From the human T2T-CHM13v2.0 reference genome, Homo sapiens, in NCBI RefSeq assembly GCF_009914755.1, contig NC_060930.1: DNA of 64,000 nt; one strand, given 5' to 3'. This document shows, one piece after another, positions 40,613 to 56,319 of the stretch (positions are counted from its first letter, which is position 1; each line of letters starts with the position of its first letter). A program made the translations under genes and the position numbers. The notes under the pieces are model-generated. The model was not told where the DNA came from. It did no database searches and was given only the letters and a program-made list of their open reading frames with translations.

Positions 40613-41150
40613 TGTGTCTGGAGTTGGTTCCTCCTGGTGGGTTTGTGGTCTCCCTGACTTCAAGAATGGAGCTGCGGACCTTAGCAGTGAGTGATACAGC
40701 TCTTAAAGATGGCACGGACCCAAAGAGTGAGCAGCAGTAATATTTATTGTGAAGAGCAAAATAACAAACATTCCCCAGCACGGAAGGGGACCTGAGCGGG
40801 TTGCCGCTGCTGGCTGGGGTGCCCAGCTTTTATTCCCTTATTTGTCCCCACCCATATCCTGCTGATTGGTCCATTTTACAGAGTGCTGATTGGTTCACTT
40901 TACAGAGCACTGATTGGTCCATTTTACAGTGTGCTGATTGGTTTTACAAAACTCTAGCTACAGAGCGCTGATTGGTGTGTTTTTACAGAGCATTGATAGG
41001 TGCATTTTACAAACCTCTAGCTAGCTACAGAGTGCTGATTGGTACATTTTTACAGAGCACTGATTGGTGCATTTTACAAACCCCTTGTAAGACAGAAAAG
41101 TCCTCCAAGTCCCCATTCGACCCAGGAAGTCCAGCTGGCTTCACCTCTCA
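40613..41150 (-). mobile_element. LTR12-family (ERV9) solo LTR
   Basis: TGTGTCTGGAGTTGGTTCC...CCAGCTGGCTTCACCTCTCA; tandem GCTGATTGGT/CATTTTACA units; 4-bp TSD ATAT. Confidence 0.92.
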
Positions 41151-41615
41151 ATATGATATATCTTGATAAATATTCCATGTGTACTTGAGAAGAATGTGTA
41201 TGCTGTTGATGTTGAGTAATGCTCTGTATGTGTCTGCTAGATCTAGTTGGTTTGTGTTGTGTTCTATTTCCTTTCTTATCATCTGTCTGATTGGTGTCTT
41301 CATTATTGAGAGGGGAGTACTGAAATCTTTAACTATTATTGTAGAACTATATTTCTCCCTTCATTTCTGTCAGCTTTTGCCTCATATATTTTGATGGTCA
41401 GTTATTAGATGCATGAATGTTTATAGTTTTTATATCTTCTTTCTGTATTGAACATTTTAATTTATAATGTCCTTCTTTATGTCTTTTTCACTTTTTGGAT
41501 TTAAAGTGTATTTTCCCTGATATTGGTATAGCCACTGCTGCTCTCTTTTGGTTACTATTTGCATGGAATAGCTTATTTCTTTTTTTCTTTCTTTTTTTTT
41601 TTTTAAATAAACACA

Positions 41616-41913
41616 TTTTTTTTTTTTTTTTTTGAGAGACAGTCTCCCTCTTGTCCAGTCTGGAATGCTGTGGTGCAATCTCAGCTCACCGCAACCTCTG
41701 CCTCCTGGGTTCAAGCAATTCTTATGCCTCAGTCTCCAGAGAAGCTGGGACTACAAGTGCACACCACCACCCCCGGCTAATGTTTTGTATTTTAGTAGAG
41801 ACAGGGTTTTATCATGTTGCCCAGGCTGATCTTGAACTCCTGACCTCAGGCAATCTGCCCACCTTGGCCTCCCAAAGTGCTGGGATTATAGGTGTGAGCC
41901 ACTGCACCCAGCC
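41616..41913 (-). mobile_element. AluS
   Basis: Reverse Alu with T tail. Confidence 0.92.
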
Positions 41914-41939
41914 AGAATAGCTTTTTCTATCATTCCATC

Positions 41940-42299
<360 letters not shown>

Positions 42300-43098
42300 T
42301 AGACAGCATTTAGTTGGATCATGTATTTTTAAATCTATTCTGCCAGTATGTATCTTTCAATTGGAGAGTTTACTCCACATTTATTTAAAGTAATTACTGA
42401 TAAGGAGGACTTACTTCTGCCAGTTTGCTATTTGTTTTCTATATGCCTTATACTTTATTATCCCTCAGTTCCTGCATTACTGTCATCTTTTGTGTTTAGT
42501 TGATTTTTTGTAGGGAAGTGTTTAAATTTATTTCTCATTTCCTTGTATATAGTCTGTAGTTATTTTCTTTATGGTTGTCATGAGGATTACATTTAACATC
42601 TTAAAGTAATAACACTGTAATTTAAATTTAAACCAGCTTAACTTTAATACTATACAAAAAGTTTACTCTGTTATAGCTTCATCCCCACTTATTTCAGTGG
42701 CTGATGTCATAAAATTACAGCTTTATATATTATGCACCCCAAAACATAAACTAATAATTCTTTTAAATACATTAGCCTTTTAAATTATATAGAAAATGAA
42801 ATGTGAAGTTACCAACCAAAGTTACAATATTAGGTTTTTGAGTAATAATTCTTTAAATGTATTTTTCTCTTAAATCATGTAGAAAATAAAAAGTGGAGTT
42901 ATAAACCATTATTACAATAATACTTGATTTTATGATTGCACATGTATTTACCTTTGCTGAGATAGTTATTTTTTCATATGTCTTTGAATTACTGTCCAGT
43001 GTCTTTTCATTTCATGCTACAGGCTTCCCTTGAGCATTTCTTTCAGGGCAGCTCTAGTGGTAATGAACTCCCTCAGTTTTTTTATTTGGGAATATCTC

Positions 43099-43396
43099 TT
43101 TTTTTTTTTGACAAGATCTTGGTCTGTCACTCAGGCTGGAGTGCAGTGGCACAACTGTAACTTACTGCAGCCTCAAACTCCTGGGCTCAAGTGATCCTCC
43201 CACTTCAGCCTCCCAAGTAGCCAGGACTACAGGCATGCACCACCATGCCCAGCTAATCTTTTTTAATTATTATTTTTTGTAAGGATGAGGTCTCACTGTG
43301 ATTCCCATGTTGGTTTTGAATGCTTGGCCTAAGCAATCCTCCTGCTTCAGGCTCCCAAAGTGCCAGGATTACAGGTGTGAATCACTATGCCCAGCC
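43099..43396 (-). mobile_element. AluJ
   Basis: Reverse AluJ; TSD ATTTGGGAATAT / ATCTGGGAATAC. Confidence 0.9.
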
Positions 43397-44461
43397 ATCT
43401 GGGAATACGTCTTAATTTCTTATTTTAGAAGGACAGTTTGGCCAGAGATAGAATTTTTGGTTAATAGATTTTTTCTTTTTTTTTTTTTTTTGCACTTGGA
43501 ATATATTGACCCAATGCCTTTTGGCCTCCAAAGTTTCAAATGAGAAATCTGCTTATGATCTTATTGAAAATCTCTTGTATGTAGTAAGTCTGTCTTTGTT
43601 CAATCAAAGGTTTGATTATAATGTATCTCAGTGTGGGTCTCCTTGAGTTCATCATATTTGGATTTTCTTGAATTTCTTGGATGTTTATATTCATGTCTGT
43701 CATCCAGTGTCAGAAGTTTTTCAGTCATTATTTCTCCAAATATTCACTCTACCCCTTTCTCTCTTCTCCTTCTAAAACTTCTGCAATGTGTATGTTGGTC
43801 TGCTTGATGATGTGCTACAGGTCCCTTAGGCTCTGTTCACTTTTCTTCAACATTTTTTTCTTTCTGTTCCTTAGACTCAATAATTTCCATTGTCTTATCT
43901 TCAAGTGTCACTGATTCTTTTGCCTCTTAAAACCTGCCTTTGAATCTCTCTAGGGAATTTTTTGTTTCAGTTATCATACTTATCATTTCCAGAATTTATT
44001 TTTGGTTTCTTTTTAGGTTTTGGTATCTTTATATTTCTATTTTGTTCATTTATCATTTTCTTGATTTTTTTAACATCTTCCTTTAGTTTTGAAAATATAT
44101 TTAAGGCAGTTGTTTCAAAGACTTTGTCTAGTGGATCTTCCATCTGTGTTACTCAGGGACAGTTTTGGTTGATTTATTTTTGTTTCCTTTGAGTGAGCCA
44201 TAGTTTCCATTTCTCTGAATGCCCTGTGATTTTTTTTTTTGAAAACTGCATATTTGAACCTAATAAAGTGGTAACTCTAGAAGCCAGATTCTCCTCCCTT
44301 TCCCTGTGTTTGCTGTTTTTTGGTTACAATTTATTGTTTATTGATTTTTTTTTTAATTTGAGTGTTTTAAGCTATCTCTGTGTCAAGGATCAGAATGAGG
44401 TATATACTTAAGGTCTTCTCAGGTATTTTCTGAGTCAGTGCTTTCCCATGGGCTTGTGTGG

Positions 44462-44889
44462 TGATAAAAGAAAAACTTCAGCTGAATTAAATTTGAAGGA
44501 GTTTAATTGAGCAATGAGTATTTTGTAAGTTGGGCAGCCCCCAGAAGCACAGCTGATTCACAGAGACTCCAGCACAGCTATGTAGTGGAAGAAGATTTAT
44601 AGACAAAAAAGGGGAAATGACCTACAGAAATTGGTGGTGAGGTACAGAAACAGCTGGATTGGTTACAGGTTGGTGTTTGCCTTATTGGAACACAGTTTGA
44701 ACACTTAGCAGTCTATGAGTGCTTGGAGTATGGCCGCTGGGATTGCCCAAGACAGTTATTGTTACAGGTGCATACTGTTAAATTAGGTTTTTAATCTTGT
44801 GTGACTATTAAGCTAGGTTACAGTTCATCCACAAGGACTCAAATATAGAAGTATGGAGTCCTTCTCACGCCATATTTAGTTTTCTTTAA
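44462..44889 (-). mobile_element. ERV1 solo LTR, MER57-like
   Basis: TGATAAAAGAAAAACTTCAGCTGAATTAAATTT...AAGGACTCAAATATAGAAGTATGGAGTCCTTCTC; 4-bp TSD GTGG; family from memory. Confidence 0.75.
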
Positions 44890-45499
44890 GTGGTCACTTT
44901 CTAATTTTCCTCACATATACTGCTGCTTTTGAATGTCCCAGCCTTTAATGTCTGGCTCCCAAAAAGGCAAAAAGAAAAAAATAAAGGGGAGAGGGAGGAG
45001 GCAGTGGCCCTTAAAATCCCCTGGAAGTCAATTCATTTGGGGGTAGGAGGGAGTAGCAGCAATTTGAGAAGATACAAAACAATAGCTGCCTGCTTCTTTG
45101 CACCTCCGAGATCAAAAACAACAATCAGTAATCAAAGCTCAGATCTTGATTTGCAGGACAGAGTTCTTTTTGTCACACTGATTTCCACAAGCTGCATTCA
45201 AGCTGCTCCAGGAACATGTGCATTGCTACCTGACAAGGAACTGTGTGTAGGGTATGTGTAGCTCCTCCTGTGCAAACTAAAGTTGGCAAAAGTAATAGCA
45301 ATACACTAAACAAGCCTTCCTTTGGAAGGTGCAAGCCTTCAATAGGATCCACAGTTCCAAAATAGTTACATCAGATAAATTCTGTCAGTACAATTGTAGT
45401 AGGGAGATAGATTTTATGTAGGCAGATAGATTTTAGGTAGGGAGATAGATTTCTGGTTCTTCCTATTCTGCCATCCCATCTTCTAAAACTACACCTCAT

Positions 45500-45801
45500 G
45501 TTATTATCATTATTACTATTATTATTATTTATTTTTGAGACAAAGTCTCGCTCTATTGCCCAGGCTGGAGTGCAGTGATGCAATCTTGGATCATTACAGC
45601 CTTGACCTCCACCCACCTCAGCCTCCCAAGTAGCAGGGACCACAGGCATGCACCACTATGCCTGGCTAATTTTTATGTTTTTGTAGAGACAGGGTTTCAC
45701 CATGTTGCCCAGGCTGGTCTCAAACTCCTGGGCTCAACATATCTGCCTGACTTGGCCTCCCAAATTGCTGGGATTACAGACATGAGCCACTGTGGCCAGC
45801 C
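45500..45801 (-). mobile_element. AluJ with (ATT)n tail and short internal deletion
   Basis: Reverse Alu consensus lacking ~20 nt in the right arm. Confidence 0.9.
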
Positions 45802-48461
45802 CTGAATTTATTTTTTAAATAGAAGATTCATAAAAAAAATTGACCTCACGATTATAGGTAACTAGATTTTTTGCAAATGAAATTATCTTATTAGAAAGTA
45901 TATTAGATATAAGCAGTTATATTTTTACCCAGAACCACAGGCAGTTCTTTCTATTCAGAGTAAAGAGCGATATTGGGTATATTTCCAAATTCAAATGTCA
46001 TTCTAAAATATATTTGTATTTTTATCAGTGCCAAGTGCAATGGTAGTTTGTGCAAATTAGTGCTCGTAGTAGGAGTGTTTTAGTACTATTGAATAATAAC
46101 AGTGTAATTTGAAAGGTAATTTCATTATGGCAAGCTTCCTGGGAAAAGCAAGTGGCCTGCCTTATAAATTTGGACTCATTGTTAGAAATTACAAGTTCAT
46201 TGAATAATGAATACAGTAGTCACTGGGCCTTTAGAAGTGAAGTTTTAAGTTGGTGATAAAAAGAGGTAGCTTCATAGAATTCCTTTTGTACTTGTTTTTT
46301 TTTTTTTTTTTTTTTGTCAAATTATCAAACCTTGCTTTGGATGTAAGAATGAGTTGCGAGGGGAGCAAAAGGGCAACTGTTCTTCATGCCAAAAGTAATC
46401 ACTCATTTAGTTTTTTCTAAACATTTTCTTTGTTCCAGGGTAAATAAGATTTTCAAGCCACTTTAATTATAATGAATGATTGTTAAAATCATACTGAACA
46501 AAAAATGTTATTGTTATTCAGGATTATTCTATTGAGTAGGACACTCAAAAACTTCAGTTAAATATTAATACAAGATAAGAGCCTAATAAAAACAGTAGAA
46601 CAGTTTTATACATGTTAAATAGTTAAAAAATACATCAATGGTTATAATACATTTGACAATTTACCTTGAAATAGTCTACAGTTTGCTTGTGAAAATGAGA
46701 GTTGGAAGAATTGCAGCTTGTGAGTTACTACGTAGTAGTGAAATGAGGGTTATCAAAATTTGCAGTCTTTTTGCAGCCTTAAAAACTGGGACATGTTTGT
46801 TTTCCCTTTGAGATGCAGCTCCTTGGAAGCATATGTTTACAATAGATACCTATGTCATAAATATTTAAAATTTGATCCAATGCATAGTCTTCTCCTTCAA
46901 TTAACTTCAGTATCCCTGCTGGAAATCTGTGACTTTTTCATCTACACTCATAGCTTTACTGATAGGAAGGCTTTACGAATTGCAGTGGTGTTTGAAACCA
47001 CCAAACCACCCTCTAGTAGCACTGAAAGGAGCAAATTATGCAGGATTTGGTGATAACGGTCTTTGTATAGAGATAGTGCTTTCTCTTTGATTATGTTTTC
47101 TCTTTGATTGTGAGAAAGGTTGTTTTTGATCATTGCACTATTTGGTCTTCATATGCTGAACAATATTTCAATTTCTTGTATTTCTTTCTGCCTTGTTCTT
47201 ATTGACTTCATAGCACTTGAAGTGATTTAAGATACAGCCATGTATTTGTGCAGAGTTGTCTCTGATGGTCCACCATGTGGATTCCTTTATGCTTGTTGCT
47301 CTGGAGATATCATATTCCCTCCTTTCTTTCAAAACACTTTAGTTCAAGATGATCTTCAATATCATCAATACTTAAAGATTTTCTTTTACATGCACGGCTT
47401 GCTGGTTTTGAACACAGATGCTTGGATATGTTTGAGAGATTAATTAAAAGAGTGCTTTTTTTTTGTATTGAAAAGTTCATGAGTTCAAAAGAATGGAAAA
47501 ACAGAACAATGTAGGCTAACACATGCTGTGGACTGAGGTAACTGGTAGATGGCTCAGGTCTGAGCGTGTACGTGTTTTGTGTACTAATTCCCACATGGAT
47601 CCATCTAACCATGCAGTTTTCTGCCTTTATCTAGTGTTTCTTAACACTAGTAGAGATTTAGCAGAGATAGAAAATTTGTTTTATGCTGAAAACATTCCCT
47701 CGTATGTCAATCATGTTGGAACAAATTCATGTTTTAAAACAAGTGCTATAGCAGAAATGACTGTGATAAAAAAGTTTAAAAAGGAATAAAAACTTAGGTC
47801 TGTCATTATAGTAAGTGTTAATTGACTGAAATCTCACTTTACAAGACCATCAGATTGAAGTAAAAAAGCACAACTATGTACTGCCTTTACAGGAAATGCA
47901 TAATAACAAGAGATGAGCAGAGATATATGCCAAATGGAAACAAAATAAAGCAAGTGTGGTATTGTAAATATCAGAGAGGCTGAAATTTAATGATAATAGC
48001 AATAATCAGGATAAAGAAAGACATTATACAATAAAATTACTATTAATGAAGGAGATACACTGTTATAAACTTTTATGCACCAAATATAGCAACTAAGCAT
48101 ATAAACTAAAATCTATGAGAAATTAAAATCTATTTGAATTTAATATAATGAAACTTTAGAATACCACTTTAAATTTCAAATATGTCCAGTAGAAAAAAAT
48201 TTTAAGAGATGCTTTTAATAAAACAATATTAGACAAACACATATACAACACACATACATACATGAATATGAACATAAATATAATATTTTACAGCCCTTAA
48301 GAGAAAATATAGCTTAGTCTTAGATTTTAACATATAGGTAAAAAATAAATTAAATATTAGAAAAAATCTTAGAGTTTATCAAACAATTGATATACTATGA
48401 TAAAGGTTTTATTTTAGAAATGAATGGTGGTTCCTTATCAGGAAGTTTGTCACCAGAATTT

Positions 48462-48914
48462 TTTTTTCATCAACTTTTAAGTTCTGGGGTACATATGCAG
48501 GATGTACAGGTTTGTTACATAGGTAAATGTTTGCCATGGTGGTTTGCTGCACCTATTAACCAATCACCTAGGTATTAACCCCAGCATCCATTAGCTTCCG
48601 GATGCTCTCCCTCTCCCTACTCCCCCCACAGGCCTCAGTGTGTGTTGTTCCCCCACCATGTGTCCATGTGTTCTCATCATTCAGCTCCCACTGATAAGTG
48701 AGAACATGCAATGTGATCTTCAACAAATCTGACAAAAACAAGCAATGGGGAACAGATTCGCTATTTAACAAATGGTGCTGGGAGAACTGGCTAGCCATAT
48801 GCAAAAAAATTGAAACTAGACACCTTTCTTACACCTTATACAAAAACTAACTCAAGATGGAATGAAGACTTAAATGTAACACCCAAAACTATAAAAACCC
48901 CAGAAGAAAATCTA
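48462..48914 (-). mobile_element. Short 5'-inverted L1PA insertion (approx. L1PA8-type)
   Basis: Minus-strand 3'UTR (48462-~48713) joined to plus-strand ORF2 piece (~48714-48914); TSD GTCACCAGAATTT at 48449-48461 and 48915-48927. Confidence 0.88.
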
Positions 48915-49227
48915 GTCACCAGAATTTAATACAAAATTTAATGGTAAAGAGAATAAGCATGTGGTCATAATAGCAGATGATGAAAATGACGTTTTAAAAA
49001 TTTATCAGGAATTTCTAATAAAACGAATTACAAAAAACAAAAAGACCATTTACCAAAAGCACAGCTGAAGTTTTTTTTTTCTTTTGTAAGTGATGAAATA
49101 CTAAAAATACTTAAAATTCATTGAGGGTATAGTTTCCAAATGAAAAAATAGACAAAGGACATGAATGGGCAATTCACAGGACAGCAAATCCAAAAGGGCA
49201 ACAAATACATAAATTGATGTGCAAATA

Positions 49228-49553
<326 letters not shown>

Positions 49554-49594
49554 TCATTATTTATAAATAAATAAATAGATGAGTCAGGGAAGAG

Positions 49595-49700
49595 TGAACC
49601 CGGGAGGCAGAAGTTGCAGTGAGCTGAGATCACACCACTGCATACCAGTCTGGGTGACAGAATGAAACTCCTTCTCTAGATAAATAAACAAACGATTAAT
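49595..49700 (+). mobile_element. Alu 3' fragment
   Basis: TGAACCCGGGAGGCAGAAGTTGCAGTGAGC... Confidence 0.85.
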
Positions 49701-50130
49701 TAAATGATACACAAACTCACTGGGAGTCAGAAATGTGAATTAAATTGAAAATGACATATTATACACCTAATTAGATTGGCCAAAATAATAAAATACCCAT
49801 ATCTCCCTAATATTTGTGGTGGTGTAGAGAAAAGTATTTCCAAATATTGCTAGTGGATATGTGAGGTACTATATTTTTTGGACAGAACATTTAGCAATAA
49901 ATATTAAAATAAAAAATTTTTAAAACCCTCATATACCCTTTGATCCAGAAATCCCAAACCAGGTATTTAGGCTATAGAATTAAAGTACCAGTATGTGAGC
50001 ATAAGTATAAGGATGTTTAATAACTTAATTATTGTTCATACTAGCAAAAAATGGAGGAAAATGAATATCCATTGTAATAGTTAACTTATGGTACCTGCAT
50101 ATAATGAATTATTTTGCAGCTATTAAAACT

Positions 50131-51192
50131 TGTCACTGTTTGCTGATGATATGATTGTATACCTAGAAAACCCTGAAGACTCATCCAAAAAGCTCCTAGA
50201 TCTGATAAATAAATTCAGTAATGTTTCAGGATACAAAATCAATGTACACAAATCAGTAGCACTGCTATACACCAACAAATGACCAAGCTGAGAATCAAAT
50301 CAAGAACTCAATCCCTTTACAACAGCTGCAAAAAAAAAAAAGAAAATAAAATATTTAGGAATATACTTAACTAAGCAGGTGAAAGATCTCCACAAGGAAA
50401 ACTACAAAACACTGCTGAAAAAAATCACAGATGACACAAATAAATGGAAACACATCCCATGCTCATGGATGGGTAGAATCAATATTGTGAAAATGACCAT
50501 ACTGCCAAAAGCAATCTACAGATTTAATGTAATTCCATCAAAATACCATCATTCTTCACATAACTAGAAAAAACAATTCTAAAATTCATATGGAGCCAAA
50601 AAAGAGCCTTCATAACCAAAGCAATATTAAGCAAAAAGAACAAATCGGGAGGCATCATATTACCCAACTTCAAACTATACTACAAGGCTACAGTTACCAA
50701 AACAGCATGGTATTGGTATAATAGGCACATAGATCAATGGAACAGAATAGAGAACCCAGAAATAAAGCCAAATAGTGAGAACCAACTGATCTTCGAAAAC
50801 GCATACAAAAACCTAAAATGAGGAAAGGACACCCTATTCAATAAATGGTGCTAGGTTAACTGGCAAGCCACATGTAGGAGAATGAAACTGGATCCTCATC
50901 TCTCACCTTATACAAAAAGTCAACTCAAGATGGATCAAAGGCTTAAATCTAAGACCTGAAACCATAAAAATTTTAGAAGATAACATCAGAAAAACTCTTC
51001 TAGACATTGGCTTAAGCAAATAATTCATGACTAAAAACCCAAAAGCAAATGCAACAAAACCAAAAATAAACAGGACTTAATTAAAGTGAAAAGCTTCTAC
51101 ACGGCAAAAGAAATAATCAGCAGAATAAATAGACAACCCACAGAGTGGGAGAAAATATTCACAAACTATGCATCTAACAAAAGACTGATAAG
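50131..51192 (+). mobile_element. Internal L1 ORF2 fragment (L1PB/old L1PA)
   Basis: [15 protein letters not shown] motif, [13 protein letters not shown]...WKHIPCSW; no 3'UTR. Confidence 0.88.
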
Positions 51193-51430
51193 CAAAAAAG
51201 TATATATAAGATTTCATTTTTATGTTGCAAATAATTGTAAAAGTATATATTTTTGCATGTATATGCCGAAAATATGGTGGAATAGTTACTACATTTTAAA
51301 ATGTTGGAACATATTAAATATGGGGAGGAAAAATCGAATAAATGTTATAAAGTGGGGAGGGGGGGAAGTGGAATCAAGAATAGAGAAAAACAAGCAAGTG
51401 ATAATAGACCACAAAAGAAAAAACAAAATG

Positions 51431-51693
51431 TTTGGGAGGCCTAGGCAGGCACATCACTTGAGCCAGGAGTTTGAGACCAGCCTGGGCAAGATGGCAAAGC
51501 CCCATCTTTACAAAAAATACAAAAATTGGCAGGGCATGGTGGTATGAACCTGTAGAACCCAGCTACTTGGGAGGCTGAAGTAGGAGTAATGCTTCTTGAA
51601 CCCAGGAAGTGGAGGTTGCAGTGAGCTGAGATCATGCCACCGCACTCCAGCCTAGGCAACAGAGTGAGACAGTGTCTTGAAACAAAAAACAAA
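51431..51693 (+). mobile_element. Alu, 5'-truncated (J/S)
   Basis: TTTGGGAGGCCTAGGCAGGC... to A-rich tail. Confidence 0.9.
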
Positions 51694-52055
51694 ATGTCTA
51701 ATATATGGTGGTCTCATTTATGCATTTATGTAAATTAGTATTCTGCTAGTCTTGTGCTTTTTAGAAGAGAAAAATTGATATTTAACAATTAATAGGCTTA
51801 ATTATAAATGCATTAAAAGCCCTAATAATGAACAACCTTAATCTACCAGAATGAGTTCCAAAAATGGACAATTATATGGAAAATTTGGGCTTTAAAATGG
51901 TGTATTTTGTTGAGGCTACACTTGTATCCTGCAGACCAGAGAGGGCATAGGCAAGATGCTGACCTTGCCTTGTCTAGGAAATACTAGGGATGGCTGGAGG
52001 GTTGCCGATTTCAAAAGGAAGCAGCAGGATTATATTTAAATGAGGGGTCTCAAAT

Positions 52056-52354
<299 letters not shown>

Positions 52355-52566
52355 TTATTACTCTGCTTTGCCTTCTCCATTGACCACTGGAACAAATTGC
52401 TTTGAAGGTTATGGCAGGTAGCCATCTCTGTATAGGAATATGAACAATTCCTACCTAACTGAAGGTATCAATTTCTAAATTTACCAAAAAATTCTGATGC
52501 CCAGGTTTTCATTCCAGAGATTCTGATTGAATTGGTATAAGAGGTGTGTGGCTGGTTTTCTGAAGC

Positions 52567-52568
<2 letters not shown>

Positions 52569-52601
<33 letters not shown>
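52569..52601. repeat. (AG)n microsatellite
   Basis: Direct reading. Confidence 0.92.
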
Positions 52602-52604
<3 letters not shown>

Positions 52605-52889
52605 TTACCCTCTCAGGTTTGTTCAGCTAGAATTACAATTCATTTCAAATCTATCTAAAATGATTGTCATTACAAATGATTCCACATTGTGCTTAGTAAC
52701 CAGATGAAACAAGAGCCAACAAGGGCTGCATTATTTAATTCTCATCTATTAGTAAACTAGGACAAAATAGAGTAATTAAGTAATTATGATATCTAAGGCA
52801 CTGAAAGTAGGGATAAAAGGGAATGTCATCAAGTGAATATACATGAGGTGAGACACACAGACTAGTATAGAATAAAGGAACCGCCCTTG

Positions 52890-53040
52890 ACAGTGCATTG
52901 GAATCACCTGGGGAACTTTAAAAAATACTGATCCCCACCCCCACCCACCACTCAAATTCTGATGCAAGTTGTCCTGGGCATAGTGATTTTAAAAGTTACC
53001 CATGAGATTCTGTTAGGTAGTCAGAGTTGAAAACCAATAA
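52890..53040. mobile_element. MER5 (hAT) fragment
   Basis: TGCATTGGAATCACCTGGGGAACTTTAAAAAATACTGAT...GAGTTGAAAACCA. Confidence 0.65.
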
Positions 53041-54018
53041 CCTAAAAGGAAATAGGATGAAAAAAAGTGATTCGTGTAGAGGTTCAAAGACCCTTTAAGA
53101 TGGGTATCATTCATTCATTTATTTATTCAGTTCAGGTATTCAGTTTAGTCATTCTTTTCATTGCATTCAATTAATTCAATATTTATGAAGTACCCACTTT
53201 GTATTTGTCCCTGAATTAGAGTCCCCAACATCACCACTTGATGGATAAAATGCAAATTTGTTTTGACTAATTTCTTTGTGCCTGGAAGGCATCTCTTATT
53301 CTGAGTCTGGCTCTATTAGAAAGAGAGGCAAATTTTCTCCTCTTTTCTCTTCTCTCTTTTCTTTTTCTTTCTTTCTTTCCTTTTCTTGTTTGGTTTTAGT
53401 AAAGTGGGAAGATTAGGGGATTGAGAAAGAAAGAGCCTAGGAAACTTTCATTTGGTTTCTACTGTGTTAGCTACGGATTCACATTTCACAGGCAGAATCT
53501 CACAAATCTGTGACAGAGGCATTATTCACTCCAGTTTACAAATGAGGATTCTGAGACTAAAAATGATTAAGGAACTTGTAATAAGTAAAGCCACTTATTA
53601 CAAAACTAGGATGTAAACTGCAAAGTTACTTCCCCCAACATTTTTTCTTCCAGTTTCTCTAAAGTCAAAAAGAGTATAGCCACGTCCCCTTGCAAATCAT
53701 ATGTGTATGCACGTATTTCAGGAAGTTGTTCTGGCAATGTTGTTTCTTTGAAATTTCTTCTTGTATCTTTAAAACTCACTTGAATTTTTATTTCACCCCC
53801 ATATGATGATTAAAATGCAAAAATTGGGCTTAATTTGCCATTAGGAAAAAATAATCTGTTTCTGCCTTAAGGGATGCAACTGCATTGAGTTTATCAATTT
53901 CAGAAAATCGTGTTGACTAAAGAGAACTGACTCAACATATAAGGCTCAGCATCTAGGAAATTGCTCTGCTCTGGATTGCAATCACTGAATTTCATAGATC
54001 TGGGGATACAAATGGTAA

Positions 54019-54311
<293 letters not shown>

Positions 54312-54455
54312 TTCTCCATGCTTCTTAAACCCTCAAATGCTGCCTGAATTAAAAAGGCCTCTGCATTCACTGACCAGTCTCACTTAACTCACTGATGCTG
54401 ATCTTCCCCCCACCCCCATATGGTATAATGCTTATGTCATGAATCAAGAATCTCG

Positions 54456-54735
<280 letters not shown>

Positions 54736-55226
54736 GTAATCTCAAGTGACTCATAGTCCCTATTAGTAACTCTCTTCATCCAGTGAAATTTTATTTTTTT
54801 GGTAGTGATTCTGTGTCTATTTCAAACACTCATTTGGCAGCACTTTTTATTTTTGGCAATTATTTATTCAACTCTTGTAAGTATCTGTTTACTTTGCATA
54901 TTTTCTGCTGGTATAAGCTCTAGGAAGGTAGAAACTTAGTCTGTGTTTCTAACTAATATATCCTCCACACCTAGCATTTTGCCTGGTAGTATATATATTG
55001 GGCATTTAGTATTTGTTGAATGATCGCAGCATAGGACTTTCACAGATAATTTACTCCTAAAATATGCTTTTGACATGTCAAGCTTCACTGACCTTGAAGA
55101 AAGCCTGAAGTAATTTTTAGTTTAATTGATTTTGCCTTTTTATTGTATTGTTCTATTCATGATTTCATTTCAGTTGCAAAACATTCTGAAAACGTTTTGA
55201 GAGATTTGTTTGAAATATAGCTATAA

Positions 55227-55563
<337 letters not shown>

Positions 55564-55976
55564 TAGGGATTTTTAAAAAACAAAATCTCACTCAATATTC
55601 AGGATTATTTATATTTTTACAATAATAAAATTTAAAATACAAATAAGCATCAAAACTCACCAACATGTTTAGTATCGATAGTTTCTGTGTTACCACCAAT
55701 TCACAAGATTAGGTTAAGAAAATATCCTTTGGTTGTTTCTTCTGTCAAGATCATTTTAGGGACATCTGAAGGGTAACTGACTCCATAATATTAGATTTCT
55801 ATGCATTTCCATTGTCTTGTATGTTGTTACTGGTTTCAAGTCTATTTTCAAATTACTGGTTTTTAAATCACACTCAATATTGCCAGTTGAACATGTAATT
55901 TAAAACTTATTTCCCCTCTTAAGTTATATAAAAGATAACAAATTTGCTTACCTATCTACTGTTATTAGAATTTTCA

Positions 55977-56319
<343 letters not shown>

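Noticed and set aside
40861-41080. Regularly spaced short repeats, superficially CRISPR-like
   Set aside because: Known tandem CCAAT units of LTR12 in a mammalian genome; no unique spacers or cas genes.
45401-45452. Triplicated TAGG(G/C)AGATAGATTT near the L1 5' end
   Set aside because: Small local tandem duplication within repeat sequence; no functional indication.
51086-51547. 153-aa ORF
   Set aside because: Chance read-through across L1, degenerate L1 and Alu sequence.
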